Below the pieces are notes generated by a model. That model was not told where the DNA came from. It ran no database searches and was given only the letters and a program-made list of their open reading frames with translations. A stretch of DNA of 64,000 bases from an uncultured virus (IMG/VR IMGVR_UViG_3300028832_000125). Taxonomy: Duplodnaviria; Heunggongvirae; Uroviricota; Caudoviricetes. The first letter of the stretch is position 1, and each line of letters starts with the position of its first letter. The stretch is taken from IMG/VR virus record IMGVR_UViG_3300028832_000125, one strand, 5' to 3'. The position numbers and the translations under genes are program-made. This document shows positions 38,870 to 47,470 of the stretch, in pieces.

Positions 38870-40339
38870 ATGGGCGATATTGCTGCAATCATTGACGTTA
38901 AGAACCGCAAGGTCGGTGACATCATCACTGACCTCAGAGAGAAGTCTGTTAAGGTGCCTGACTGGCCGAAGTTGTTGGAAGACTATGACCCTACCAAGCA
39001 CAAGGTAGTCGGTGACACCACCACGCTGAAAGACAAGGTGCGCTCGGACGGTACGAGTGAGCCGTCTGCCAGAATACACATCGGTCTGGAAAAGCTGTTG
39101 TGTAAGCGTATGGCAGAGTTCACTTTCTCCATCCCGGTCAAGCGTATCTATAGTAACGTCAACGATAAGGATGGCAAGCCCAATGAGAAACGGCAGACCA
39201 TCGTTAGGGCACTGGAGGCCATCTATAGGAACGCCCGCATCAACTCTGAGAACTTGAAGCGCGGACTGTCCCTGTATGCCTCCTGTGAGGTGTTCACTAT
39301 ATGGTACGCAGTCAGAAAGCAGAATACGTTGTACGGCTTCGACTCCAAATGGAAGTTGAAGTGCAAGACGTACACGCCCATGATGGGATTCAAGTTGTAC
39401 CCGCTCATCGATGAACTGGATGATATGCTTGCCATGTCCTTTGAATACAAGAAAAAGGTCAAGGATAAGGAAGTCAACTATTTCGAGACGTACACCGCCG
39501 ACAGGCACTATATCTGGCGGCAGGAGTTGGAAGGTGGTGACTGGGAAGAAGTTCTTTCCACCCAGACGGATGAAGGTGAGCAAATCTGTGGCGAGGAAAT
39601 CCGCCTCGCAAAGATTCCCGGTGTGTACGGATGGCGTGACAAGCCCGTTTATCACGGCCTAACCAATCTCCGCAGTGAGATAGAATACACGCTTTCCAGA
39701 AACTCCAATGTGATAGCCTACAACTCCGCTCCTATTCTGAAAATCATCGGTGGCATGAAAGGCAAGGAGGACAAGGGCGAGAGCCGCAGAATCTTCCGTG
39801 TCGAGAATGGCGGTGATGTCGGCTACGTGGCATGGCAGCAGGCCATCGAGGCGTTGAAGTATCACGTTGACACCATGCTCAAACTCTACTGGATGCAGGC
39901 CCAGATGCCAGACATATCCTTTGAGAACATGAAGGATATGGGTAACATCGGCTATGATGCCCGCCAGACGCTGCTGACTGATGCTCACCTCCGTATCGGT
40001 GATGAGATTGGCATGTGGGTGGAGTTCCTGGAGCGTGAGTGTAACGTAGTCAAGGCATTCTTGAAACTCATGCTGCCTACTGAATACGAGTCAGAGGTGG
40101 ATAACATCGGTATCGAGCATGTCATCACTCCATTCATCCAGAATGATGAACTGGCAGAGATTAAGAAGCGTAAGGAGGCCAACGGCGGCAAGGCTATCGA
40201 GAGCCAGTTGGAATCCATCCAGAGGTACGGCGAGAGCGATGACGCTCAGTTTACCTTGGAGCAGATTCAGAAAGAAGAGTCCGCGAGTGCCAAGGCAAAG
40301 GCAGATGCTTTTGCCATAGACAATCAAGTTGTAATGTAA
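38870..40339 (+). CDS. portal protein (SPP1 gp6-like)
   Basis: 489 aa, position after TerL, QMPDISFENM motif. Confidence 0.8.
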   Translation: MGDIAAIIDVKNRKVGDIITDLREKSVKVPDWPKLLEDYDPTKHKVVGDTTTLKDKVRSDGTSEPSARIHIGLEKLLCKRMAEFTFSIPVKRIYSNVNDKDGKPNEKRQTIVRALEAIYRNARINSENLKRGLSLYASCEVFTIWYAVRKQNTLYGFDSKWKLKCKTYTPMMGFKLYPLIDELDDMLAMSFEYKKKVKDKEVNYFETYTADRHYIWRQELEGGDWEEVLSTQTDEGEQICGEEIRLAKIPGVYGWRDKPVYHGLTNLRSEIEYTLSRNSNVIAYNSAPILKIIGGMKGKEDKGESRRIFRVENGGDVGYVAWQQAIEALKYHVDTMLKLYWMQAQMPDISFENMKDMGNIGYDARQTLLTDAHLRIGDEIGMWVEFLERECNVVKAFLKLMLPTEYESEVDNIGIEHVITPFIQNDELAEIKKRKEANGGKAIESQLESIQRYGESDDAQFTLEQIQKEESASAKAKADAFAIDNQVVM

Positions 40340-40527
40340 ATGGAACTGAAAGAAGTAAGAAAGCACAAGGCCGAAATGGAACGCAAGGTTTCTGAGGCAT
40401 TGAAGGAGTTTGAGAAAGAGACGGGCTGCAAGGTAAAGAGCCTGTTCTATGTCCGCAGATCATGTCTCGCCGAGAAGGTGGAGCCGGAAAACCGATACAT
40501 CATCGATTCACAAATAGAAATTTAATT

Positions 40528-40911
40528 ATGAAGAAAAAGTTAGCAACCACACTGACGAAGTGGGCGTTGAAGTTGAATCCAGAGGCGGCTGTCGAGGCCG
40601 TTGTTCCCGTCTATGAGAACTACGAGGCTACCGCCATCGGCGTAGCGCAGGAAATCACGAAGAATGACCTGCGTAAGTACAAGCGTGAGAGTGGTGAGAA
40701 ATCATCCAGAAAGGCCATCAAGCAGGTTGTTGATGACACTATCCGCTCACAGGCTAACCGCATCCTCAATACCGCTCATGGCATCATTGAGGTCAGCGTG
40801 TATAAGAAGGGTGATTCTACCGTTGTTGAATCCAGACTGAACGTGTATGTCAAGAAAGGTGACTCCGAACCCGAAGGGGCAGAAGACGCAGGAGAAAGTC
40901 GGGACGCATAA
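40528..40911 (+). CDS. hypothetical protein
   Basis: ORF. Confidence 0.6.
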   Translation: MKKKLATTLTKWALKLNPEAAVEAVVPVYENYEATAIGVAQEITKNDLRKYKRESGEKSSRKAIKQVVDDTIRSQANRILNTAHGIIEVSVYKKGDSTVVESRLNVYVKKGDSEPEGAEDAGESRDA

Positions 40912-41082
40912 GTGCTGCGACTGTGCCAATGTGACGATTGTGACCAGACACAACACGTTAAGCGTCAAGGGTGAGCCTACACTGGGTGAGTGTCCCTTCT
41001 GGACCACGAGCCGTTGCGTCCTGCTGAGTCAGGCGAGTTGCGCCCACTTCAAGAGTATCATTCCCATCCAAACAGTATAGTC

Positions 41083-41370
41083 ATGCCAAGCAGGTCAGCA
41101 GAATACTACAGAACCCATCCAGAGGCCAGGGAGAGAAAGGCCGCTTACGATACCGAGTTTAATAAGAAGCCGTCTCAGCAGAAGAAACGTGCCGAGTTGA
41201 ATAAGGCCAACCGTGAGCATGATAAGAAGTACGGCAAAGCCTCCCGCAAGGGTAAGGATTTGAGCCACACTTCAAGCGGCCTTGTCTATAAGTCGAAGTC
41301 GGCAAACCGAGGCAGTAAGACAGACCGCCCCGGTGACCGCAGGGCCAGAGGTGGCCGTAAGCGTAGATAA
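41083..41370 (+). CDS. basic protein, degenerate HNH-like
   Basis: GKDLSH...SANRG. Confidence 0.5.
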   Translation: MPSRSAEYYRTHPEARERKAAYDTEFNKKPSQQKKRAELNKANREHDKKYGKASRKGKDLSHTSSGLVYKSKSANRGSKTDRPGDRRARGGRKRR

Positions 41371-41381
41371 CAGCATTCATC

Positions 41382-43100
41382 ATGGGGAAGTTGAGAACAC
41401 CAAACCAGAGGAAAGCCAACAGTGCGCTGAACCAACGTCTAAGTCGATATGTGGCGAGGGTTCAGCGCATTTATGATGACTTGAACCTGCAGGCCGCAAG
41501 GATTGTGGGCCAGACTGGCTATGACGGCAGCGTTCCGTTCCTCTTTGATGACTATCCAGAGACAAAGCGTCTGGTTGAGGATTTGAAGTTTGATTTTGTC
41601 GGCAATATGCGTTCCGTCATCTATTCCAGTACCTCTGAGGAATGGAAGCAGAGCAATATCATGCAAGACCTGTTGGCAAAGAAGGCCATCCGCTACTACT
41701 ACGGCGAGAAGCCCGATGGTACGCGTTACCGCAAATACTTCCAGACGAACAGTGATGCACTAAGAGCGTTCCAGAGCCGCAGGGAGCACGGAATGAACCT
41801 GTCGGCCAAGGTGTGGAATCAGTCTGATGGTTACGTCAAGGAACTGGAGTGTGCCATTTCTGCCGCTATTGAGAAAGGCATGAGTGCCGTCACCCTCAGT
41901 AAGCGGTTGAGTAAGTACCTCAATGACTTTCCATCACTAAAGGCAGACTATGGTGAGAGGTACGGCCATGCTGTCGATTGTACCGACTGCGAGTACCGTT
42001 CCGTCCGTCTCGCCCGTTCGGAGATAAACATGGCGTATAGGACGGCAGAGCAGCAGAGGTGGAGGCAGTTTGACTTCATCATCGGCTACGAAATAAAGAT
42101 GTCCGGCTCACACCCGAAGCGTGACATCTGTGATGAACTGGTAGGCAAGTACCCGAAGGATTTCGTCTTCACAGGATGGCACCCCAACTGTATGTGTTAT
42201 TGCGTACCAATCGTGATGAGTGAGGATGACTACTGGAAGATGCGCGAGAGCGGTATCAGTCCCGTCCAGCAGGTGTCAGACCTCCCAGAGACGTTCAAGG
42301 ATTACGTGCGCGACAACCAGGGCAGGATAGAGCGTGGCCGCAGCCGTGGCACCGTCCCCTATTGGGTGCGTGACAATGCCGCAAGGATAGACGGCGCACT
42401 AAAGCCCTCAGACTGGCGCATAACTGATGATGAGATAGGCAGGTTGGATAATTTCGGAAGTTTCACCGCCAAAGCCTATAATGGTTCCGCTATGAAGGGC
42501 TACAACCTGCCGAGGTTTGATGAGGGAATGACCGTCATCGGTGACAGTGCTGAAATCTACTGGAAGTCGAAGTCTGTCAGTTTCTTCAAGAATGGTAACG
42601 CCACTATGTCTTATAACGGAGTTACTGAGGATGGTGGGCGTGTGGAACTGGCGCGTGAGTTCAGACGCACGCCGCAGGGTGTCGAGGTGAACCATACCAG
42701 ATTTTTCCTGCCGGAGGGCATGCAGGGCAAGGGCATAGCAAAGGAGATGTTCAGAGAGATGTTCCGCGAGTACGGCGATATGCGCGTTAGCAGGGTGAAC
42801 GTCAAGGCCAATGCCGATGTCGGAGGCTACGCATGGGCGAAGTACGGCTTTTGTGCCACCCGCTCAGAGGTGGAGAGTCTTCTGCAAAGGGCGGCAGGCT
42901 CCAGAATAACCAGAGAGCAGTATGAAGAGGCCCTGTCTATCGTAAAGATGTATGGTAATGATGTATTCCCCATGAACCTGTTGGCAAACCTCCCGTATGG
43001 CGAGAAGATGCTGAAAGGCGAGTCATGGCAGGGATTCTTGGACTTCTCTGACAGGGAGCAGGTTAAATTTATGAAAGAATATGTCGGTTATCCGAAATAA
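41382..43100 (+). CDS. MuF/gp7 minor head protein fused to a C-terminal GNAT-like domain
   Basis: RLARSEINMAY, CDELVGKYP, WHPNCMC (MuF); MQGKGIAKEM and GGYAWAKYGF (GNAT). Confidence 0.8.
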   Translation: MGKLRTPNQRKANSALNQRLSRYVARVQRIYDDLNLQAARIVGQTGYDGSVPFLFDDYPETKRLVEDLKFDFVGNMRSVIYSSTSEEWKQSNIMQDLLAKKAIRYYYGEKPDGTRYRKYFQTNSDALRAFQSRREHGMNLSAKVWNQSDGYVKELECAISAAIEKGMSAVTLSKRLSKYLNDFPSLKADYGERYGHAVDCTDCEYRSVRLARSEINMAYRTAEQQRWRQFDFIIGYEIKMSGSHPKRDICDELVGKYPKDFVFTGWHPNCMCYCVPIVMSEDDYWKMRESGISPVQQVSDLPETFKDYVRDNQGRIERGRSRGTVPYWVRDNAARIDGALKPSDWRITDDEIGRLDNFGSFTAKAYNGSAMKGYNLPRFDEGMTVIGDSAEIYWKSKSVSFFKNGNATMSYNGVTEDGGRVELAREFRRTPQGVEVNHTRFFLPEGMQGKGIAKEMFREMFREYGDMRVSRVNVKANADVGGYAWAKYGFCATRSEVESLLQRAAGSRITREQYEEALSIVKMYGNDVFPMNLLANLPYGEKMLKGESWQGFLDFSDREQVKFMKEYVGYPK

Positions 43101-43117
43101 TTTTGTATCTTTGCAGC

Positions 43118-43345
43118 ATGGAACTGAAAGAAGAGTTGACGGCAAAAATGCACTCCGAGTTTACGGTTGATGCAGAGACCGACAGGAAGCACCGCGCAGG
43201 ATGCGTCTGGCGGCTTCTCGGCTTCGATGCCGCAAGGGAAGACATAGAACACTGGGCCAGTCGGTACGGTGTGACCTATGACACCTGCATGGAGTACAAG
43301 GGCTATTGGCAGAACCTCCGGCAGGGCATGAAAAGGCAGCGTTGA
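43118..43345 (+). CDS. small protein, putative immunity partner
   Basis: Directly after MuF-GNAT; own -7 box TATCTTTG at 43106; terminator-like hairpin 43331-43357. Confidence 0.6.
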   Translation: MELKEELTAKMHSEFTVDAETDRKHRAGCVWRLLGFDAAREDIEHWASRYGVTYDTCMEYKGYWQNLRQGMKRQR

Positions 43346-43364
43346 GGCTGTCTTTTTCCTTATA

Positions 43365-43494
43365 CGTTAAATAGAGTTGGTTAAGGCACTGTAGGCTGAA
43401 AATAATTGCTTTTCCGTTTTGATATTTCAGAAATTTTTTATTATCTTTGCAGTATAATAATAAAGATAATAACTTTCTAAATTCAAGAGCAATG
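43365..43494 (+). promoter_or_regulatory. class A promoter cassette 6
   Basis: Repeated block. Confidence 0.8.
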
Positions 43495-43800
43495 AAATAT
43501 CAGATTTTACAAGTTAGGGACGATGCAGAAAATTCGCGCTACATCATGTTTTCCAGTCTGGAAATGGTCGAGCACCTGGGCTTGAAGATTACCAGAGACC
43601 TGTACGAAAAGGTCTGGGAAGGTGAGATAGAAGCCTCTGGGAATGTCTATGAGACTCTGGAGCAAATCTTCTGCCAGTTCAACATCGGCAGGAAGCCGGA
43701 AGGGTATAAGGGCCATAGCCTCTCTGTATCTGACATCATCCAGTTGGATGACAAGTCATACTACTGTGACAGTTTCGGGTTTGAGGAAATAGAGTTGTAA
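43492..43800 (+). CDS. YodL-like domain protein
   Basis: LEQIFCQFN...P.GYKGHSLSVSDII...YYCDSFGF. Confidence 0.8.
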   Translation: MKYQILQVRDDAENSRYIMFSSLEMVEHLGLKITRDLYEKVWEGEIEASGNVYETLEQIFCQFNIGRKPEGYKGHSLSVSDIIQLDDKSYYCDSFGFEEIEL

Positions 43801-43820
43801 CCGTTAGACAGGCAGGAGCA

Positions 43821-44072
43821 ATGAAAAAGGGTATCAGCACCAGAATGAGGAACATCATGCATTCCTATATCGGAAAGAGTTACGATGTCTATTTCAGCGG
43901 TCATTACTACTGGACGTTGAAGATAACGGGGTTCCTGGGTGACACTGGCTATTTCACCACCGAGATAAACGATGGAACGAAGGTATGGGAGAGTAATGCG
44001 AGTTACGGCGAAATCAAGGCCGAGACAGGCAAGGGTACATACAGGGAGAGCCAAGAGGTTAAACAGAGTTAA
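43821..44072 (+). CDS. hypothetical protein
   Basis: GGAGCA-ATG start. Confidence 0.65.
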   Translation: MKKGISTRMRNIMHSYIGKSYDVYFSGHYYWTLKITGFLGDTGYFTTEINDGTKVWESNASYGEIKAETGKGTYRESQEVKQS

Positions 44073-44182
44073 GTCGCTGAAAATAAATGGTTTTCCGTTT
44101 TGATGATTCAGAAATTTTTTGTAACTTTGTAGTACAATATTAGAAACGATATTTATTCACAATTTAAAAGTTAAGAGCAATG
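44057..44182 (+). promoter_or_regulatory. class A promoter cassette 7
   Basis: Repeated block. Confidence 0.8.
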
Positions 44183-44911
44183 AAAACGACAAATGTAAAC
44201 GAGTTGAAGACTCAGATTAAGGTGAATTTCGAGAGCATGGCATTTGATGAGGCCATGAGTGCTAACGCAGAACTCTTCAAGGAGTATGAAGAGGCCAAGG
44301 GTAAGAGAAGCCTCACGGCACTTGTCTCTTACTACCGCACCAAGGCCAATGCCACGGTGGCCATCGAGCCGGAAGAGAATCTGGAACCAGTGAGCGAGTC
44401 CGAGGCCGCAGAGCCAGAGACACCCGCCGAGACCGTTGAGGCACCCACTGAGGAAAAGCCCGCCAACGAGCCGGAGCAGACAGGCGAACAGGCAGAAGAG
44501 CCGTACACCTTCGATGTTGCGGCAGAGAGCGGACATCTGAGCGAAGACCACATCAAGTCCCTCATTGACAGTGAGCACTCCATCGTTAATAAGTTCTGCG
44601 TGATTCGGGAGTACTTCAAGCAGGAGAGTGATACCCAGACCATCCGCAACACCAGAATGTTCGTCAAGAATGACGGTGACGGCTATGAGCGTTGGAATGA
44701 TGCCAGGGCCACAGCCAATGCCAACGGCATCAAGTCCTACCGCAAGCCCGGTAACTTTGACCTCTCCCGTGACGGCTTCCCTGTCGGTGAAGAGTATTGC
44801 TGTGTGAGCGTGATGAGAATCAAGGATGCCTTCGGGAAGTTCCTGTTTGGACGCGAGGGAGCCACCAGACTTGCACGGGTGGAGAGCATCGACATTGAGA
44901 TTATGGCATAA
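44180..44911 (+). CDS. hypothetical protein with acidic E/P linker
   Basis: AAGAGCA-ATG start. Confidence 0.75.
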   Translation: MKTTNVNELKTQIKVNFESMAFDEAMSANAELFKEYEEAKGKRSLTALVSYYRTKANATVAIEPEENLEPVSESEAAEPETPAETVEAPTEEKPANEPEQTGEQAEEPYTFDVAAESGHLSEDHIKSLIDSEHSIVNKFCVIREYFKQESDTQTIRNTRMFVKNDGDGYERWNDARATANANGIKSYRKPGNFDLSRDGFPVGEEYCCVSVMRIKDAFGKFLFGREGATRLARVESIDIEIMA

Positions 44912-44965
44912 GTGTTTCATCTGGAGGTGGGCCACAAGCCCGCCTCTATAATTATTAAAAAAGGT

Positions 44966-45460
44966 ATGGAAGTATATTTGGGTGATGACCTTGGCAATAT
45001 GACTGAGAGGGATTGCCAGACAGTGAAGAAACTGATGGATGGCAAGAGTTTCTATCGGTTTGACGTGAGTTGGTCTAACTATGCAGGAAACTGCCAGTTG
45101 ATAGTGAAGACGTGCTATAAGGGTGCAAACCCTCTGGAGGTAAAGAAGATGTTCCTGTCTGTCTATTTCACTGAGGCGGCGAATGTTCTGAGGCGGTTTG
45201 ATATTCTGAGGCGGTTCTGTGTGAGCAAGTTGGCGAACCCAGAAGCCGTGGCCGCTTTCGAGGCAGAGCATCGGTATATGTTCTATCAGCAGGACGCAGT
45301 GACAGTGAAGCAGCTTAATTTCCCTCCGCATATCATGTCCTACACCCAGACGGAGCAGGGCTATCTCCTGTCATCCATTGACAAGAGTTTCTTCAAGGAA
45401 CTTAAAAGGCAGTTGTATGCAAAGGGTATAGACGTATTGGTTTACAAGTTAAATGGTTGA
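44966..45460 (+). CDS. hypothetical protein
   Basis: ORF. Confidence 0.65.
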   Translation: MEVYLGDDLGNMTERDCQTVKKLMDGKSFYRFDVSWSNYAGNCQLIVKTCYKGANPLEVKKMFLSVYFTEAANVLRRFDILRRFCVSKLANPEAVAAFEAEHRYMFYQQDAVTVKQLNFPPHIMSYTQTEQGYLLSSIDKSFFKELKRQLYAKGIDVLVYKLNG

Positions 45461-45463
45461 GTT

Positions 45464-45718
45464 ATGAACGGGTTTACAAGCAAAGAAGACAAGGCCGTAT
45501 ATGAGTGGCTTAGTGAGAACGCAGGCGAGAAGGTGGCCGACACCCTCTACAACTATCTGAGCATCATGGCAAAGCAGGACATCTATTCCGGCCTGGTCGA
45601 TGACGGCCTCATCGATGATGAGGATGACAGTGATGATGAGGATGACGATGATGAAGAGTCGTATGCGCTGCAGCATGAGATTGCGGAGGCTCCGGCTGAC
45701 TGTAGAATCGGGTTCTGA
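45464..45718 (+). CDS. highly acidic small protein
   Basis: D/E run. Confidence 0.6.
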   Translation: MNGFTSKEDKAVYEWLSENAGEKVADTLYNYLSIMAKQDIYSGLVDDGLIDDEDDSDDEDDDDEESYALQHEIAEAPADCRIGF

Positions 45719-45721
45719 GGC

Positions 45722-45988
45722 ATGGTACAGGTAGCACAGTTTGACTATTACGGTCACAGGTACACGGTCTTTCAGCGTGACACCCATCCCAGATACAAGG
45801 TTGTCCGCGAGAGCATGAAGACTGGAAGGAGTGAAGAGCGTGACACCGATGATGAGTCAGCCGTTGACAACTGCGATAACAGCGAGATAGTCAAGGTGTT
45901 GGAAGACAAGAATGACATGCCTTTTCTGAGGTCTCTACTGGAGAAAAGGAGGTTGAGCCGGAAGTCCATCAGAAAGTTATTTGAATAG
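45722..45988 (+). CDS. hypothetical protein
   Basis: Packed ORF. Confidence 0.6.
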   Translation: MVQVAQFDYYGHRYTVFQRDTHPRYKVVRESMKTGRSEERDTDDESAVDNCDNSEIVKVLEDKNDMPFLRSLLEKRRLSRKSIRKLFE

Positions 45989-46068
45989 CAAATAAGTTCG
46001 TTTTTGTTGCCGTGAGAGGGAATTTGGCACTGAAAAGTGTCATTTTCCCTCAATTTTTGCAAAATTTT

Positions 46069-46110
46069 CGCTAAAATTATTTGTTATTCAAATAGTTTTA
46101 ACTAACTTTG
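46069..46110 (+). promoter_or_regulatory. class B promoter (head operon)
   Basis: TATTTGTTATTCAAATA at 46078; TAACTTTG at 46103. Confidence 0.75.
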
Positions 46111-46114
46111 TGCC

Positions 46115-46230
46115 CGAAAGCGTGTGAAGTTGCACGTTACAGAACTGTTCGGATTCAAACATCATTGCTCTTACGATGTGGTTCTGATGATGGATTGCTC
46201 TGTTTGCCACAAGCACGCAGAGCAATTTTT
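46115..46230 (+). ncRNA. structured leader/sRNA with the seed in a loop and a terminator-like hairpin
   Basis: ACATC-attgctcttac-GATGT stem-loop; ATTGCTCTG/CAGAGCAAT stem plus T run. Confidence 0.6.
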
Positions 46231-46255
46231 CAAAACCAAATTAAAAAGTAAAACA

Positions 46256-47008
46256 ATGAACAGACATTTTAGAAGAGTTCTGGAAGTGCTGAAAACGAGA
46301 AAGGAGATTAAGGCGCTCGGGTTCAGCCGTAAGGAGTTAAAGGGTATCGCCGCCAAAGTTGCCGATAAACTCGAACTCAAAGATGATGCCACTGATGAGG
46401 AAGTCACGGAAGCCATCGATGACGCTGTTGATTCCATCGTTCCGTTCCTCGGTTTCACCCAGACGGTGGCAGACCGCCGACTCCAAGAGTACAAGAATGC
46501 TCATCCTGTCGATGACGATGATGACGATGACGATGACCCCGATGACGAGCCAGACGGCAATGAGGGTGGTAAGAGTCCATCGAAGAAAGGCAAGGTGAAC
46601 AAGAAAGCCAACAAGGATGAAGACCCGATGGCCGCTGCCCTGGCCAAGGCTCTCACTCCGTTTACTGAGACCGTACAGGGTCTGCAGAGACAGATTGCAG
46701 AGTTGAAGGATGGCAAGACTGCTGACAGCAGACTCGCCCGCCTAAAGGAAAAGGTAAAGGACACTGGCAAGTTCGGTGAGCGCACGTTGAAGGCTTTCGC
46801 CCGTATGTCGTTCAAGTCCGATGAGGAATTTGAGGACTACCTTGATGAGGTTGATGAGGAACTGGAGGCAGAGAACCAGGAACGTAAAGACAAAGGTCTG
46901 GAAACTCTCGGAAAGCCTGCCGCCGCTGTCCCCGGCAAACCATCTGGGAATGACGAAGACGGTGAAGTGATGTCGGATGATGAGGTCAAGGCTCTGGCCC
47001 ATGGCTAA
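46256..47008 (+). CDS. capsid scaffolding protein
   Basis: Acidic/coiled protein upstream of the capsid genes. Confidence 0.65.
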   Translation: MNRHFRRVLEVLKTRKEIKALGFSRKELKGIAAKVADKLELKDDATDEEVTEAIDDAVDSIVPFLGFTQTVADRRLQEYKNAHPVDDDDDDDDDPDDEPDGNEGGKSPSKKGKVNKKANKDEDPMAAALAKALTPFTETVQGLQRQIAELKDGKTADSRLARLKEKVKDTGKFGERTLKAFARMSFKSDEEFEDYLDEVDEELEAENQERKDKGLETLGKPAAAVPGKPSGNDEDGEVMSDDEVKALAHG

Positions 47009-47045
47009 GTCACCCTAAGTTAAACCCCAAAAAATCCAAAGTAAA

Positions 47046-47456
47046 ATGGGAGCAAAAGCAAATCTCGTAAATGACCCCGAGACCATCCTGTCCGGCAATG
47101 ACTCTGTTGTCATCCGCCAGTACAACGGTGGTATCACTGGTGGCCGTACTCTCGATATGACTGGATTTGAAGGCCCCATCAAGAGCGGACACCTCGTTAT
47201 CCGTGTGCTTGATGAAGACAACGTGAACTACACGTACAAGCCCATGCCCGTCAGAGGAGAGAACTATGGAAGCCTGCCCGCAAACCACGAGTATGCAGGT
47301 GTGGTTGTTGCATCCAAGCCCAATGACTACCCCTTGGTAGGCATCATGGATGATGGCCGCGTGAACGATGAGGCTATGCCTTACCAGTTCGCAGACTCTA
47401 CTCAGCGTGCCGCTGTCAAGGCTGCACTGCCGAACCTCATTTTTGAACACGATTAA
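47046..47456 (+). CDS. head decoration-like protein
   Basis: 136 aa between scaffold and capsid. Confidence 0.55.
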   Translation: MGAKANLVNDPETILSGNDSVVIRQYNGGITGGRTLDMTGFEGPIKSGHLVIRVLDEDNVNYTYKPMPVRGENYGSLPANHEYAGVVVASKPNDYPLVGIMDDGRVNDEAMPYQFADSTQRAAVKAALPNLIFEHD

Positions 47457-47470
47457 AACCGTTGAAGATT

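Noticed and set aside
408..44182. AAGAGCA as a Shine-Dalgarno sequence
   Set aside because: It is directly adjacent to the ATG with no spacer and has weak anti-SD complementarity.
18454..44182. Repeated blocks as a CRISPR array or integron attC sites
   Set aside because: They are dispersed, degenerate and promoter-shaped, with no regular spacers and no cas or integron integrase in the window.
46124..46255. GTG-started N-terminal extension of the scaffold ORF
   Set aside because: The region folds as a structured leader, and ATG 46256 has the A-rich context typical of Bacteroidota starts.
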